From an uncultured virus (IMG/VR IMGVR_UViG_3300044540_000246) (lineage: Duplodnaviria > Heunggongvirae > Uroviricota > Caudoviricetes): a stretch of DNA of 62,169 nucleotides. Of the stretch, positions 40,721 through 51,320 are shown piece after piece. The DNA lies in IMG/VR virus record IMGVR_UViG_3300044540_000246, one strand, 5' to 3'. Below the pieces are notes generated by a model that was not told the origin of the DNA, did not search any database, and saw nothing but the letters and a program-made list of their open reading frames with translations. Made by a program: the position numbers and the translations under genes. How positions within the stretch are numbered: the stretch's first letter is position 1; every line of letters begins with the position of its first letter.

Positions 40721-43618
40721 TCAGCGAGCTGTCGTCACCGAGATAGTTGCTGGCAGCGACTGGCCGAAGCCGTTCACGGCGATCACGCGGAACATGTATC
40801 GAGTTCCCCGGATCAGGCCTGTCACGGACGTTGAGCGAGCCGTAGATAGCTTCGACTGGATCGTCGTCCAGGAAGCGCCACCGTTCGTTGATCGCTGGAT
40901 GAGGTAGGAGCGGATCGCGGAGTATGGCGAAGACGCAGGCGTCGACCAGGCGAGGTTGACCGACGTCCGGTACACGGCAGTGGCCCGGAAGCTCCTCGGA
41001 GCGCTAGGCCGACCGTTCAGGGTAGTCACCGTCAACGAAGCCGACGGTGCACCTGCGCCCATGCTGTTCACCGCGGCGACCTGGAACAGGACCGTACTTG
41101 TCTGCGTAAGCCCAGTGACGGTGGCTGTCGTCACTGCCGAAACCGGGTCAACGAAACGCTTCCACGACACGCCCCGATCCAACGAATACCACACAAGATA
41201 GTCGGTGACGGCAGGCCCCGCTGTCGGCGCAGCAGTCCAAGCAAGACCCACAGCCGTTGGCGTCACCGTCGTCGCGCGGACTGCGGTTGCGGTACCCGGT
41301 ACCGACGGTGACGTCCACGTCACAGTTGCCGGCGTGCCAGTCCCGTACGAGTTCACAGCAACGACACGGAACGCGTACGACGTGCTTGCCGCGATCGGTA
41401 CGGAAGCTCCCGTCGTCGCCGTAACCGCGTCACTGACGGGAACCCAAGTCTCGCCGCCGTCCGTCGACACGGTCACTCGGTAATCGGTGACGGCCGTCAT
41501 GCTCGTGAGCGGAGCGGTCCACGTCAGCGGCACCTTCCCGCCGCCGGGGATGCCTACCGTGAGGGAGCGAACCGCCGACGGGGTCGGGGTGAGGGTCGCA
41601 AACGTGGCGGAGGCAGGTTCGCTGACGCCGGTAGCGGTCACCGCGGCGACGGAGACGTCGTAGCTCGTGCTGGCCGACAACCCCGTCAAGGTTGCCGTCG
41701 TTGTCGAAGTAGTCACCTCCCCGGCTGTGCCGTTCGAGCCGGACCACGAAACGAGGTAGCTCGTCGCCGGCGCGAAACCGGCGCCTGGCGCAGTCCACGC
41801 GACCGTCAGGCGGTCCACGCCAGGCGTGGCGCGGACGTTCGTCACCGGCCCGATCGGGGTCGACTCGGCGATGAACGAGACGGGCGCTGACCATGCGCCA
41901 GCCTTGGTCATCGTGTCGGCGCGCACGGCAACCTGGTACTCCACTCCACCGGTGAGAGGGGCGGGAATCTGGGCGCCGACCGTTCCGGTGACATCCGCCT
42001 CGGCCCAAGCGCCGTCGGTCTGCTTCCACATCAGTCGGTAAGTGCGGATCACTTCACTGTACGTCGCCGTCGGCGCTGTCCACGTAACGAAACCAGTCGG
42101 GGTGACCGCGACGTTTCGAGGCGCAGATGGGCCAGACGTTGCCGATTGGGTCACGACCGCAGGTACGACCGTTGCCGTTTCTCCGTAAAGGCCGTCCGAG
42201 GATTGGAACAAGTCGAATGTGTAGCTGGTCCCCGCGGTCAACCCCGTCAGGGTCGCCGTCGTGCCATCCACTGCTGCGCTACGAGTCCCCGCAAAGCGAA
42301 CCAGGACGCCAGCGGAAGGGCTATCCCACGCCAATGTCACGGTGGAGCGAGTCACGTCGACAACGCGGACGCCGGCTGGCCCGGTGACTGGTCGTGGCGC
42401 AGCGATAGGGGCGAGGAAGATGGAGTTCGCGGAAATTGTCGTGCCGGAGAGCGGGCGCAGCGGTCCGTCGTGCAGGCCGCCGGACTGTGCCGCGGCAAGG
42501 AGCTGCTGCTGCACGGCGGACGGCGTCAACGCGGGGTTCTCAGCGAGGAGAAGGGCTGCCATTCCTGCGACCAACGGACTGGCGAACGATGTTCCGTTCG
42601 CTGCTCCATGCCCGCCTGTGGCGATCGCGACGGGGACGGCGGTCCCAGGGGCGAAGCCGTCGACGCACTGGCCGCCGTTCGAGAACGACGATCGGGCGTC
42701 TTGGCCGTCAATAGCAGCTCGCTCGAACGCGCCCACCGTCAAGATTGCGGGCACGCGTGCGGGGGTGTTGATGCACGCTTCGACGACGCTTGTCGCCGTG
42801 GAGTCGTTGCCGGCCGCGGCCACGACGGTCAGGCCGGCATCGTGGAGCGCTGTGACGCCGCTGTCGAGAAGCGCAGCTGCGGAGCTCGTGCCGGACGCAT
42901 CCTGGGCGGCGAGCGAGAAGTTGACTACGGCGGGAGTACCAGAAGGGTGGTTGGCGAGGATCCAGTTAATGCCAGAGAGGACCGAACTGGTCGTCCCTCC
43001 GCCGGTGCAGTCAAGAACCCGTACGGGGACGATTGTCGCGCTCTTCGCCACTCCGTTCCGTATGCCAGCCGCAGCAGATGCGACAGCCGTGCCATGTCCG
43101 TCGCAGTCGTTCCATCCTTGAGTCGCGCCGAATGCATCAAATCCGGAGATGACACGGCCGGCGACATCCACATGGAGGTTGTTCACTCCCGTGTCGACAA
43201 CGTAGACCCTCACCCCCGACCCGGCAGACGCTGGATACCAGTACTGTCGGTGGAGGGCGCCATCGGTTCCGCCGACCGGTTTAGTTTGGTCGATGCGGTC
43301 CAGCGCCCAGCCGGGTTCGGTTTGAGTGTCGGTGGTGCTGACCGGGATGTCGAGAGCAACATCGATCCCGGGAAGCTTGTCGAGGGCGGCTGCCTCTGAT
43401 GCGCTCAGATCGGCCGCGGCCGCGTCGACTTCCTCGAGGATTTCGCCGGACTCGCCAACTCGGTCGAGGGCTGCTTCAACCGCGGCGGGGGAATCGCCGG
43501 TGACGAGGTACCCCGCTTCGGCCTGTGTTGTTGCGGCCGCAGGGCTTGTGAGACTGACGATGAGCGTAGCGGTCGTGACGATACTCGCCAGAACGATCCG
43601 GGTGGGTGTGTGAGCCAA
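40721..43618 (-). CDS. Secreted S8 subtilisin-like serine protease with about 6 fibronectin type III repeats
   Basis: Signal peptide; catalytic triad VDTG, HGTAVA, GTSFASP; repeated LxWxAP...Y.F.V.AVN FN3 units. Confidence 0.93.
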   Translation of the reverse strand: MAHTPTRIVLASIVTTATLIVSLTSPAAATTQAEAGYLVTGDSPAAVEAALDRVGESGEILEEVDAAAADLSASEAAALDKLPGIDVALDIPVSTTDTQTEPGWALDRIDQTKPVGGTDGALHRQYWYPASAGSGVRVYVVDTGVNNLHVDVAGRVISGFDAFGATQGWNDCDGHGTAVASAAAGIRNGVAKSATIVPVRVLDCTGGGTTSSVLSGINWILANHPSGTPAVVNFSLAAQDASGTSSAAALLDSGVTALHDAGLTVVAAAGNDSTATSVVEACINTPARVPAILTVGAFERAAIDGQDARSSFSNGGQCVDGFAPGTAVPVAIATGGHGAANGTSFASPLVAGMAALLLAENPALTPSAVQQQLLAAAQSGGLHDGPLRPLSGTTISANSIFLAPIAAPRPVTGPAGVRVVDVTRSTVTLAWDSPSAGVLVRFAGTRSAAVDGTTATLTGLTAGTSYTFDLFQSSDGLYGETATVVPAVVTQSATSGPSAPRNVAVTPTGFVTWTAPTATYSEVIRTYRLMWKQTDGAWAEADVTGTVGAQIPAPLTGGVEYQVAVRADTMTKAGAWSAPVSFIAESTPIGPVTNVRATPGVDRLTVAWTAPGAGFAPATSYLVSWSGSNGTAGEVTTSTTTATLTGLSASTSYDVSVAAVTATGVSEPASATFATLTPTPSAVRSLTVGIPGGGKVPLTWTAPLTSMTAVTDYRVTVSTDGGETWVPVSDAVTATTGASVPIAASTSYAFRVVAVNSYGTGTPATVTWTSPSVPGTATAVRATTVTPTAVGLAWTAAPTAGPAVTDYLVWYSLDRGVSWKRFVDPVSAVTTATVTGLTQTSTVLFQVAAVNSMGAGAPSASLTVTTLNGRPSAPRSFRATAVYRTSVNLAWSTPASSPYSAIRSYLIQRSTNGGASWTTIQSKLSTARSTSVTGLIRGTRYMFRVIAVNGFGQSLPATISVTTAR

Positions 43619-43819
43619 GGGGCGTGGCCTCTCTCTTTGGGGTCCGGTGGTGCGAGTGTGTCGTCATCTGACGGGTGCCTCAGGCGATCAGTGCGACATG
43701 GGGGATATCGGCGTCTAGTGATCGTTTCGAGGTATGCCTATGCGCTAACGGAACGTTCCCGGATGTCGGTAGCGGGCCGCTTCGATGTTAGGATAGTCCC
43801 ACTGTACGAAAGGGCTTGC

Positions 43820-44320
43820 ATGATCGAACGTATCCGCGACGACCTGCGGGTCCTGCGCGTTCTCGCCGACAACAACATTTCCCCGACCGACGCGGCCCTT
43901 TCCGGGCTTTGGCGCCACTTCGGGGACATCGAACTGGTCCTACCGCTCCCTGTTATGTCGCTCACGCCATCTCGCCAGCATGCGCTTTCTCGCGCGATCC
44001 TTGCCGAAATGGATGCCGCCTTCATTCGCCTCGCCGAGGTTGAAGCGCAGTTCGGCGAAGCGCCGACGACGGGCTCTCTCGCCGATGTCGTCAACCAGAT
44101 GTGGCGTGAATATGCGGGCACGTGGGCTGAAGTCATCAACGCCGGAATGGTTCACATTCCCACAGAAATTCGGCCGCAGGTGGCCGCGCAGCTACTCGCA
44201 GACCTGCGTGCCGCATTCGGGGACGAGGATGCCGCGACCCGCCTGCGGGAAGACACAACACTGCGGATGTCTATTCGCCGTTCGGGCCTCGACCCGGACG
44301 CGCTGCTCGCCGACATGTAG
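43820..44320 (+). CDS. Hypothetical protein
   Basis: ATG 43820 after GAAAGGG; acidic, helical. Confidence 0.65.
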   Translation: MIERIRDDLRVLRVLADNNISPTDAALSGLWRHFGDIELVLPLPVMSLTPSRQHALSRAILAEMDAAFIRLAEVEAQFGEAPTTGSLADVVNQMWREYAGTWAEVINAGMVHIPTEIRPQVAAQLLADLRAAFGDEDAATRLREDTTLRMSIRRSGLDPDALLADM

Positions 44321-44334
44321 ATGTCGTGCAGCCC

Positions 44335-45195
44335 CTACCGGAACGACAGCGGCTCAATGCCGCGGACAGTACCGGACTCGAGAGCGGGAAGCCTGACGAG
44401 CACATAGTCGCCGGCGACGTCACGGTCATGCTGTCCATCAACAAACGCGAGGTCAAACACGGGAACTGTCACTGGCCGCCCGTTCGCCCGGATACGCGCA
44501 ACGGACCCTCGTCGTACCGCCTGCGCGACTTCACGCACTGCGTACCCAGTGAATATCGCCATTCCTACTTTCACCGCCGCGGGAGCGACCACCGACGCTT
44601 CCGCCATCTGCTTCACAGCGGTCGTCATCGCCCGACGTCGCCACAACCACCCCTCATCGTCACTATACGGACCCACGCAGCGCCCGGATGGGCCATCCGG
44701 GTAGAACGACGCCTCCCACGCGCGCGCAAAGAGCCACCGCAATGCTCTCCGCCCCGCATCCAGGTCAGCGGGGCCTCCGGCTGCGAGGGGTAGCTCGGCG
44801 AGCGCTGCGTCGACGTCGACAGTCTTCGGCCAGACCGGCTCTTTCGGATGCCACGCCCGGACCGGCCGCGCACCCAGTACCGGCGCCGGGGCCGTCTGCG
44901 CTCGCAGCAGTGCCCGCGCCTCTGCTTCCGCTTCGCGCGCTGCGCGCCCCTTCTCCGCCCCAGCCCGCAGCGCAGCAGCACGTTCCCAGTCCCGAGCCTT
45001 CTCGGCGGCGGCGAGGTCGCCGTCGACGCGATCAGCGCCCTCGTCTGTCGCAGCGTAAGCCGCTGCCGCAGCGGTCAAGGAGTCCAGATCTGCTGCCGAC
45101 CGCATGAGTCCGCACGCGGCAGCGAGCGCACCCTCATGCCGGGCGCGGAGTCGCTGAACATGCCCGGACATCCCCGGGCTGGGGCTACTGGTCAC
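44335..45195 (-). CDS. Hypothetical protein
   Basis: GTG 45195 lies 8 nt after CCGATG; Ala-rich helical N-terminal half; divergent from dnaG. Confidence 0.6.
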   Translation of the reverse strand: MTSSPSPGMSGHVQRLRARHEGALAAACGLMRSAADLDSLTAAAAAYAATDEGADRVDGDLAAAEKARDWERAAALRAGAEKGRAAREAEAEARALLRAQTAPAPVLGARPVRAWHPKEPVWPKTVDVDAALAELPLAAGGPADLDAGRRALRWLFARAWEASFYPDGPSGRCVGPYSDDEGWLWRRRAMTTAVKQMAEASVVAPAAVKVGMAIFTGYAVREVAQAVRRGSVARIRANGRPVTVPVFDLAFVDGQHDRDVAGDYVLVRLPALESGTVRGIEPLSFR

Positions 45196-45310
45196 GCACC
45201 GTCCATCGGACCTCGCCGCCGGTGACCGTCCCGGCCGAGCCTCTACCGTCAAACAGGTGAACTCCGGCTCTCTCGACCGCCGACCGGCACTGAGCTCCGA
45301 TGGTCCACTC

Positions 45311-47161
45311 ATGTCCCGCGGCCGCATCCACCCCGAGTCGGTCGCTGCCGTCCGCGAGAAGACCGACATTGAAGCCGTCATTTCCGACCGGGTGACGTTG
45401 CGCCGCACGGGCGCAAATCTGACCGGCCTGTGCCCGTTCCACGACGACTCGTCCCCGAGCTTCTCCGTCTCCCCCGACAAGGGCCTGTGGACCTGCTTCG
45501 GCTGCGGTCTCGGCGGGGATGTCATCTCCTTCATTCAGCAAGCGGAAGGGCTTCCGTTCGTCGAAGCTGTCGAAAGCCTCGCCGACCGGTTCTCGATCGA
45601 GCTCAGGTACCTTGACGCCGGCGACGGGTACGTCGCACCGCCGCCCGGGCAACGCCGCCGCCTCGCCGCCGCGAACGCTGCCGCTGTCGCATTCTTCCGC
45701 TCCCACCTCTCCGACCCTGACGCCGAGGTGGGTCGCCGCTACCTCGGCGAACGCGCCATCGACGCTGCGACCGCCGCCGGCTACGAAGTCGGATGGGCGC
45801 CCAACGCCCGCGACGCGCTCCTGAGCCACCTCAAAGGCGACGGGTTCACCGTCGAGGAGATCGTCCTCGCGGGCCTCGCCGTCCAGAATGACGAAGGTCG
45901 CATCTACGACCGTTTCCGCGGGCGCCTGGTCTGGCCGATTCGAGACCTGACCGGCGATGTCGTCGGGTTCGGGGCGCGAAAGCTCCGAGAAGACGACCAG
46001 GGCCCGAAGTGGCTCAACACGCCAGACACTCCCCTGTACCGCAAGTCGGAGGTTCTTTACGGCATCGACCGGGCCCGGAAGGACATCGCGACGTCGAAGA
46101 CTGTCGTCGTCGTCGAGGGGTACGGCGACGTCATGGCATGCCACCTGTCCGGCATTGCGACTGCGGTCGCCACGTGCGGCACAGCCTTCGGTGACGGCCA
46201 CATCCGCATCGTGCGTCGCCTCATGCGCGACGACGACGCCTACACGGGCAAGGTCATCTTCACGTTCGACGGCGACGCCGCCGGCCAGAAAGCGGCACTG
46301 CGCGCGTTCCGCGACAACGCTAAGTTCACCGCGCAGACCTACGTCGCCGTCGCCCCCGACGGGATGGACCCGCTCGACCTGCGCCTCGCCCGTGGCGAGC
46401 AAGCCGTCCGCGACCTCATCGCCGCCGCGGTCCCCCTTGTCGAGTTCGTTCTGCGCACCACTCTCAACGACCACGATCTGAGCGTCACCGAAGGTCGCGT
46501 CACCGCACTTCGGGCGACAGCGCCGATCGTCGCCGGCATTCGGGACTCCGCCCTGCGGACCGAATACATCCGTCGACTGTCGGGTTGGTTGTCTCTCCCC
46601 GACCACACCGTCCTGTCCGCCGTGTCCGCCGCGGAACGCAACGCAGCCCGCGACGACCGCCACGCACCCCCGACCGATCCTGCCGAAGCCGCCCCGCGCG
46701 CGTGGCGGCCCGACCCCGCCGACGAGACCCTCGCCGTCGAACGGGAAGCCGCCAAGTGCCTGCTGCAGGTGCCTGCCGCCGTCGGCGACTGGTGGGGGAA
46801 GCTCGAGGGCACTATGTTCACGGCGAAGGCGTACCGCGGCGTGTACTCACTGGCGACCCGCGCGCTCGCCGAGGAACTGCCCGCCGACGCGCGCCTGCAC
46901 CGCATCCGCGACCTCGCAGCGGACAACGTCGACGTCGCAGCGTTCATCAACGAGCTCGCCATCGAGCCGCTCCGCGCCGGAGGCGCACCCGATGACGCGT
47001 ACGCTCCCGACGTCATCCGCCGCCTGATCGACCAGGACTTGGCCCGTCAGCTGGCGGAAGTTCGAGGGCGTTTCGCGGACGCGAACCCAGACGAGCAGTC
47101 TGCGCTTCTCGCATCGACGGTGGCGCTTGAGGCGCGTCGCCGTGAACTTTCGCGCCGCTGA
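45311..47161 (+). CDS. dnaG: DNA primase
   Basis: CHC2 Zn finger CPFHDDSSPS...CFGC, DRFRGR, GFGAR, KWLNTP, Toprim VEGYGD, FDGDAAG, DnaB-binding C-terminus. Confidence 0.96.
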   Translation: MSRGRIHPESVAAVREKTDIEAVISDRVTLRRTGANLTGLCPFHDDSSPSFSVSPDKGLWTCFGCGLGGDVISFIQQAEGLPFVEAVESLADRFSIELRYLDAGDGYVAPPPGQRRRLAAANAAAVAFFRSHLSDPDAEVGRRYLGERAIDAATAAGYEVGWAPNARDALLSHLKGDGFTVEEIVLAGLAVQNDEGRIYDRFRGRLVWPIRDLTGDVVGFGARKLREDDQGPKWLNTPDTPLYRKSEVLYGIDRARKDIATSKTVVVVEGYGDVMACHLSGIATAVATCGTAFGDGHIRIVRRLMRDDDAYTGKVIFTFDGDAAGQKAALRAFRDNAKFTAQTYVAVAPDGMDPLDLRLARGEQAVRDLIAAAVPLVEFVLRTTLNDHDLSVTEGRVTALRATAPIVAGIRDSALRTEYIRRLSGWLSLPDHTVLSAVSAAERNAARDDRHAPPTDPAEAAPRAWRPDPADETLAVEREAAKCLLQVPAAVGDWWGKLEGTMFTAKAYRGVYSLATRALAEELPADARLHRIRDLAADNVDVAAFINELAIEPLRAGGAPDDAYAPDVIRRLIDQDLARQLAEVRGRFADANPDEQSALLASTVALEARRRELSRR

Positions 47162-47241
47162 CGAAACTCACTGCGCGGCCGCGCAGCGTTAGGCCGCCTG
47201 CCGCATGGCCGTCCGCGGCAAGGGGGGCCGGCAGGGCCGGA

Positions 47242-48357
47242 CTACGTCCGGTAGCCCTCGGCAAGCAACGTCCGGTAGGTCTCCGCGCGCTGCGGCGGCA
47301 GCTCAGCGATCATGCGCGCTCGCAACGCCTTCGCGCCCGCGGAGATGCTCTTCACCTCGCTGTCGACGGCGTACTGACAGAACGGCTCGAGGAGATGCGG
47401 CGCGGACGTGTCTGCGTTCAGGACTCCGGCGAGGTACGTCGCGTCTGCGACAGCTTCTCGCTCGGCGGATAGGAACTCGAATCGGATGACGGTGTGCGCT
47501 CCGACCGGTTTGAAGTAGGTGGTGTACAGCTTGCCGCGTTCGGCGAGATTTCCGAGCTCGCCGCTGACGGCCGCGAGCGCATCGACGGCCCTCTTCACAT
47601 CGCCACCAGAACGCGACTCGTTCACGGTCCGTGCTGCTGCTTCGGTCAGAACTCGAGGTGCGAGCAGCTCGCCCGGCCGTAGGACCTGCGTGGCCAGAAC
47701 ACGGTCCGCCGCAGTGACCTGCACGTTGAACCGGGCGGCGTAGTCGGCGGCGAACTTCGACGCGGAGTCGCTCTTCGTCAACGCGACCAAACCGCGGCGC
47801 GGGCGGTCGAGCAGCGTACGCAGCGCCCCGGCGGCGTCGAGCTCCAGCGCGAGTTTCGCGGCCGCGGCGCGGATCTCCTGCCGCTTAGCGAACAGTCCCG
47901 CCTCGAGCCCGATCAGCGGGGTGAGCAGCGATCCGTCGAGCGCGACGAGGTCATGCGGCGCCGTCGCGGCGACGCGCAGCTCCGCGGACGCCATTGCGGT
48001 CTGCACGAGCGCGTCGGTCCCGTCGGCGTGCTGGATCGCGTGGGCCCACACGAACGGTTCGACTGGGAGCTTCTCGTCGGTGAACCGGGCATCCTTCGCC
48101 GCAGCTGCAGCGAACAGCAGGTCCATCGCGTACGTCTGCTCACGGATCCGGGCGCCATCCACAGCGCACATCGAACGCGGAAGGTCGAGGTCGGCGGCGG
48201 CTGGAATCTTCGCGATGCCGCCATCCTCGAGCAGGCCGGCGCGAATGCGATCGCGGGCGTCCACGACCGAACCCATCGCCGTGTCGACGGTCGCAGCGAG
48301 CGCACCCGCAAGGTCAACGAGCTTGGCGGTGATAGACGTCTGTTCCGGGGTGGTCAC
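47242..48357 (-). CDS. NurA-like nuclease
   Basis: AVDG, E, LVALDGSL, LVALTKS, terminal AVD..VK; GGAG RBS. Confidence 0.7.
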   Translation of the reverse strand: MTTPEQTSITAKLVDLAGALAATVDTAMGSVVDARDRIRAGLLEDGGIAKIPAAADLDLPRSMCAVDGARIREQTYAMDLLFAAAAAKDARFTDEKLPVEPFVWAHAIQHADGTDALVQTAMASAELRVAATAPHDLVALDGSLLTPLIGLEAGLFAKRQEIRAAAAKLALELDAAGALRTLLDRPRRGLVALTKSDSASKFAADYAARFNVQVTAADRVLATQVLRPGELLAPRVLTEAAARTVNESRSGGDVKRAVDALAAVSGELGNLAERGKLYTTYFKPVGAHTVIRFEFLSAEREAVADATYLAGVLNADTSAPHLLEPFCQYAVDSEVKSISAGAKALRARMIAELPPQRAETYRTLLAEGYRT

Positions 48358-48521
48358 GTGTAGCGCTCCTCTGGCTTGCTCGTTCCAGCGTATCGGCGCC
48401 GACCGGCGCCCCTTCCCGACCGCACGGGGGCCCTGTGCGGGGCTGCGCCCAGTCCGCCGGGCCAGGAAGCCGATGGCGGAGGCGACTTCCGCGCCGCCCA
48501 GACGAGAACAGGAACCGCATC

Positions 48522-49880
48522 GTGCTCCGACGTCAGCGTCCCGCGGTAGCGGCCGCAGCCACTGCGGGAATTCTGGCTCTCCTCGCGACCGCGGTGTGGT
48601 TCGGCCTTGAGCCGACGCCGCCAGCGCCGCCCGCCTTCGCCGAGCCGCAACACCGCCAGCCGGTTGTCACTCCCGCAGCGACAGCCGTCGCGGCGCTCGT
48701 TGACGCCTTCACCCCTCCTGCCGGCCAGGAGCCGACTTCGCCGGCATCCCGCATCACGCCCGCAGCTGACCGGTGTGCCCTTCCATTGACTTCCGCCGCT
48801 GCTGTCCGAATCGCCGGGTACTCCTCAGCGAAAGGGTCCGAGACTGCTGTCGCCGTACGTGCATACCCGGCCGGATTGGGTGCCGAAGCCTCGACGGCTG
48901 TACGCGACGAGCTCCTCAACTGCCCCGGAGCTTCCCTGCTGGATGATGACCTCGGGTTCGGCGCCGAGTCGTACCTCATAGCCCTCCCCGGCACTCGAAG
49001 CAGTCCTGAACCGGTCCTGGTCGCGGTGGTCCGCGCCGGCGACGTCGTTGGAATGCTCACCGCCTCCCAGCAGGCGCCGGACCGCGTTACAACCGTTGTA
49101 CGGACCTGGTTCGAAGCGTGGACTCCGGTGATGACTGTCGACATCTGCCCACAGCAGGCAACAACGGTCATCGATGCGACACGCAACCCCTCCCACCCGG
49201 ACTATGCGGGCGGCTGGGTCCGCCGGGAGACCGTCACCCTCGACGGCGCGCGCGAATCGTCTGCCGACATCGCCGGACGCATACTGCTACGCCAGGCGGC
49301 AGGGTTCGACGACGCAATCCCGCTGCCGACAGCGCCCCTCCCCGACCCCGCAGTCGCCCCGCTGCCCGACTTCCCCGCCGAGCTCACAGTCGTGCTCCCC
49401 GCGGACCGTCCACTGCGGCCGGAAGCTCCCCGCTACCCGCAACCTCCGACCACGGCGGTCACGGAACCTATCGTTGCGAAAGATCCGGTCGGCCCTGGAT
49501 GCGGATGGGCGTTCACCGGGCTGACCGCGCCTGACGCCGTCGAGCAGACACCTCCTCGAACTGCGGCGCAGAAGCGCATCGCCGCCGTCGCTGAGCTCGT
49601 CGAGGCGCGAGCCGCATGGTGGGTGGCCCGCTACGAATACGCCGTCGCGCACCGCCAGTTCGTGGCGGACGCGAAAGCCTGGAACGCCTGGCAGGCTCAG
49701 GCAACAACGACCATCGCGACAGCCTGGTGGAAGGCGTACGACGACGCATACCGCAGCTACCTCGAAGCGTCCGTGACGTACATCGCCGACTTCGCCGACT
49801 GGGAGGGATGTTCGCGCGACTGCGGTCCGGCCCCTACCTCACCCGTCCCGCCGGAGCAGCCGAAACTGCCACGCCCCTAA
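48522..49880 (+). CDS. Secreted or membrane-anchored hypothetical protein
   Basis: N-terminal hydrophobic helix, paired Cys, Pro-rich linkers, Trp/Tyr-rich helix. Confidence 0.65.
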   Translation: MLRRQRPAVAAAATAGILALLATAVWFGLEPTPPAPPAFAEPQHRQPVVTPAATAVAALVDAFTPPAGQEPTSPASRITPAADRCALPLTSAAAVRIAGYSSAKGSETAVAVRAYPAGLGAEASTAVRDELLNCPGASLLDDDLGFGAESYLIALPGTRSSPEPVLVAVVRAGDVVGMLTASQQAPDRVTTVVRTWFEAWTPVMTVDICPQQATTVIDATRNPSHPDYAGGWVRRETVTLDGARESSADIAGRILLRQAAGFDDAIPLPTAPLPDPAVAPLPDFPAELTVVLPADRPLRPEAPRYPQPPTTAVTEPIVAKDPVGPGCGWAFTGLTAPDAVEQTPPRTAAQKRIAAVAELVEARAAWWVARYEYAVAHRQFVADAKAWNAWQAQATTTIATAWWKAYDDAYRSYLEASVTYIADFADWEGCSRDCGPAPTSPVPPEQPKLPRP

Positions 49881-49893
49881 GCAGGCGGGCGGG

Positions 49894-50724
49894 TCACAGA
49901 GCGGTCAGCTCGGTCACCCAGTCTGCGACTTCGGCTGATACGGCCGTGTCGAGCTTCGCGAGAGTCAATGTGATGAGCAGGCCCCTGCCGGCGTAAACGA
50001 GGACGCGCGCCTCGACAGTGAACGTGCCAGTTTGAGTGAACGTGGCTACACCACGGTCATCGATGACAGGTGTTGCAGCATCTCTGCCGGACACGGCCAG
50101 AGTCTCCCCGACGATGTCGAGGACGTCCTGGTCGTACACGGACGCGAGCGGTCCCAGATCGGTGACGGTCACGATAGGCGGAGGGGTCTGCGCGGGCGCC
50201 TCGGTCACCCGGTCGGCCGGCTCTGTAGGAGTTGCGGTCGGCTCGGCCCGCAGCGTGAACGCGAGGTCGGCACCGGATGCCGCGGAGGTCTTCCAGGTAG
50301 ACGGCACCGGAATGCTCATCCCGGTCGGGAGGGTGACCGGGATGAGGGTGACTTCCGGTTCCGGCGACGCTGTCGGCTCCTCGACGGGCACCCCCGACGA
50401 GGCCGGCGACGGCGATGCCGGAGCTGGTGCGGGCACTGTCGACTGGGGCGAGGACAGGCTCAGGGCGGCGAACAGCACGAACGCAACGCCGACAAGCAGC
50501 ATGCTTGCGGCGGCCAAGCGACGCCCGTTCGGGTGCGGGTGCTGCAACAGCGACGTGCGAGCTGTCTGCGACGCGGCCCGTCCGGTTCGGGTGATGTACG
50601 CACTGGCCATGCGAGTGGCGCGCGCTGCTCGCGCGCGTACGGTTCTCAGAAGTGGCCGCAGCTTCACCGTCCGGACATCGGCTCCGGGCGGGGTTCGCCG
50701 AGCTCGAGGATGCTCCGCAACCAA
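49894..50724 (-). CDS. Single-pass membrane protein
   Basis: TM segment LLVGVAFVLFAALSL and a Pro-rich stalk. Start is uncertain. Confidence 0.55.
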   Translation of the reverse strand: MVAEHPRARRTPPGADVRTVKLRPLLRTVRARAARATRMASAYITRTGRAASQTARTSLLQHPHPNGRRLAAASMLLVGVAFVLFAALSLSSPQSTVPAPAPASPSPASSGVPVEEPTASPEPEVTLIPVTLPTGMSIPVPSTWKTSAASGADLAFTLRAEPTATPTEPADRVTEAPAQTPPPIVTVTDLGPLASVYDQDVLDIVGETLAVSGRDAATPVIDDRGVATFTQTGTFTVEARVLVYAGRGLLITLTLAKLDTAVSAEVADWVTELTAL

Positions 50725-51170
50725 GTGGCGGTGTCATCATCGGGATCGTCGATAGAGACACTCCCGCCCGGCAGGGCGGTGGCTGCGACTCGGAGGACCC
50801 CTAGCAAGGAGCTGACCGCGACTGTGCGAACTTCCTTTCCAGCCCGGTCCGGCTCAGGCCTCGTATAGATGACTCCCACGCAGGTTCGTCCGCGCGGCAG
50901 TGCCTGGCGCACCAGCCGCGCGACCTCCGCGCCGGCGTCGCGCGCGCCGCTCTCGAGAACGAGAGTCCGCCGAGGGCGGTAATGGCGGGCAGCGTCAGCC
51001 GAGATCCCCGGCCCCGTGCCGAGAATGGTGACGTACAGCTCGCCGCGATCGTCGAAACACAGGACCGTTTCGGCGCACATCCCATCCCGTTCGCGGGACT
51101 GGACGGCCTGCGCGTGAACGAGGTCGGCGGTACGGCGGAACCAGCCCGCGTCAGCAGTCATGGCCTCCAC
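50664..51170 (-). CDS. Hypothetical protein
   Basis: 168-aa ORF co-oriented with its neighbours. Confidence 0.5.
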   Translation of the reverse strand: MEAMTADAGWFRRTADLVHAQAVQSRERDGMCAETVLCFDDRGELYVTILGTGPGISADAARHYRPRRTLVLESGARDAGAEVARLVRQALPRGRTCVGVIYTRPEPDRAGKEVRTVAVSSLLGVLRVAATALPGGSVSIDDPDDDTATWLRSILELGEPRPEPMSGR

Positions 51171-51320
51171 GGTAGGGAACCGGTACCGCGGTCAGCGACA
51201 GGTCGGGCTCTGCGTAGCATTCGGCGGGACGGGCAAGGCCCGCCAGGGTGGACCGTGGCGGGCCTTGCGGGGCTGGGGTCGCCCTTCATTTACGTAGTGC
51301 TGAACCGTATCGGCGTCCGG

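Noticed and set aside
32200..46663. Long antisense ORFs (32200-34101, 36972-39578, 45185-46663 and similar)
   Set aside because: They are mirror frames of high-GC3 genes (parE, parC, dnaG) and show no motifs or RBS.
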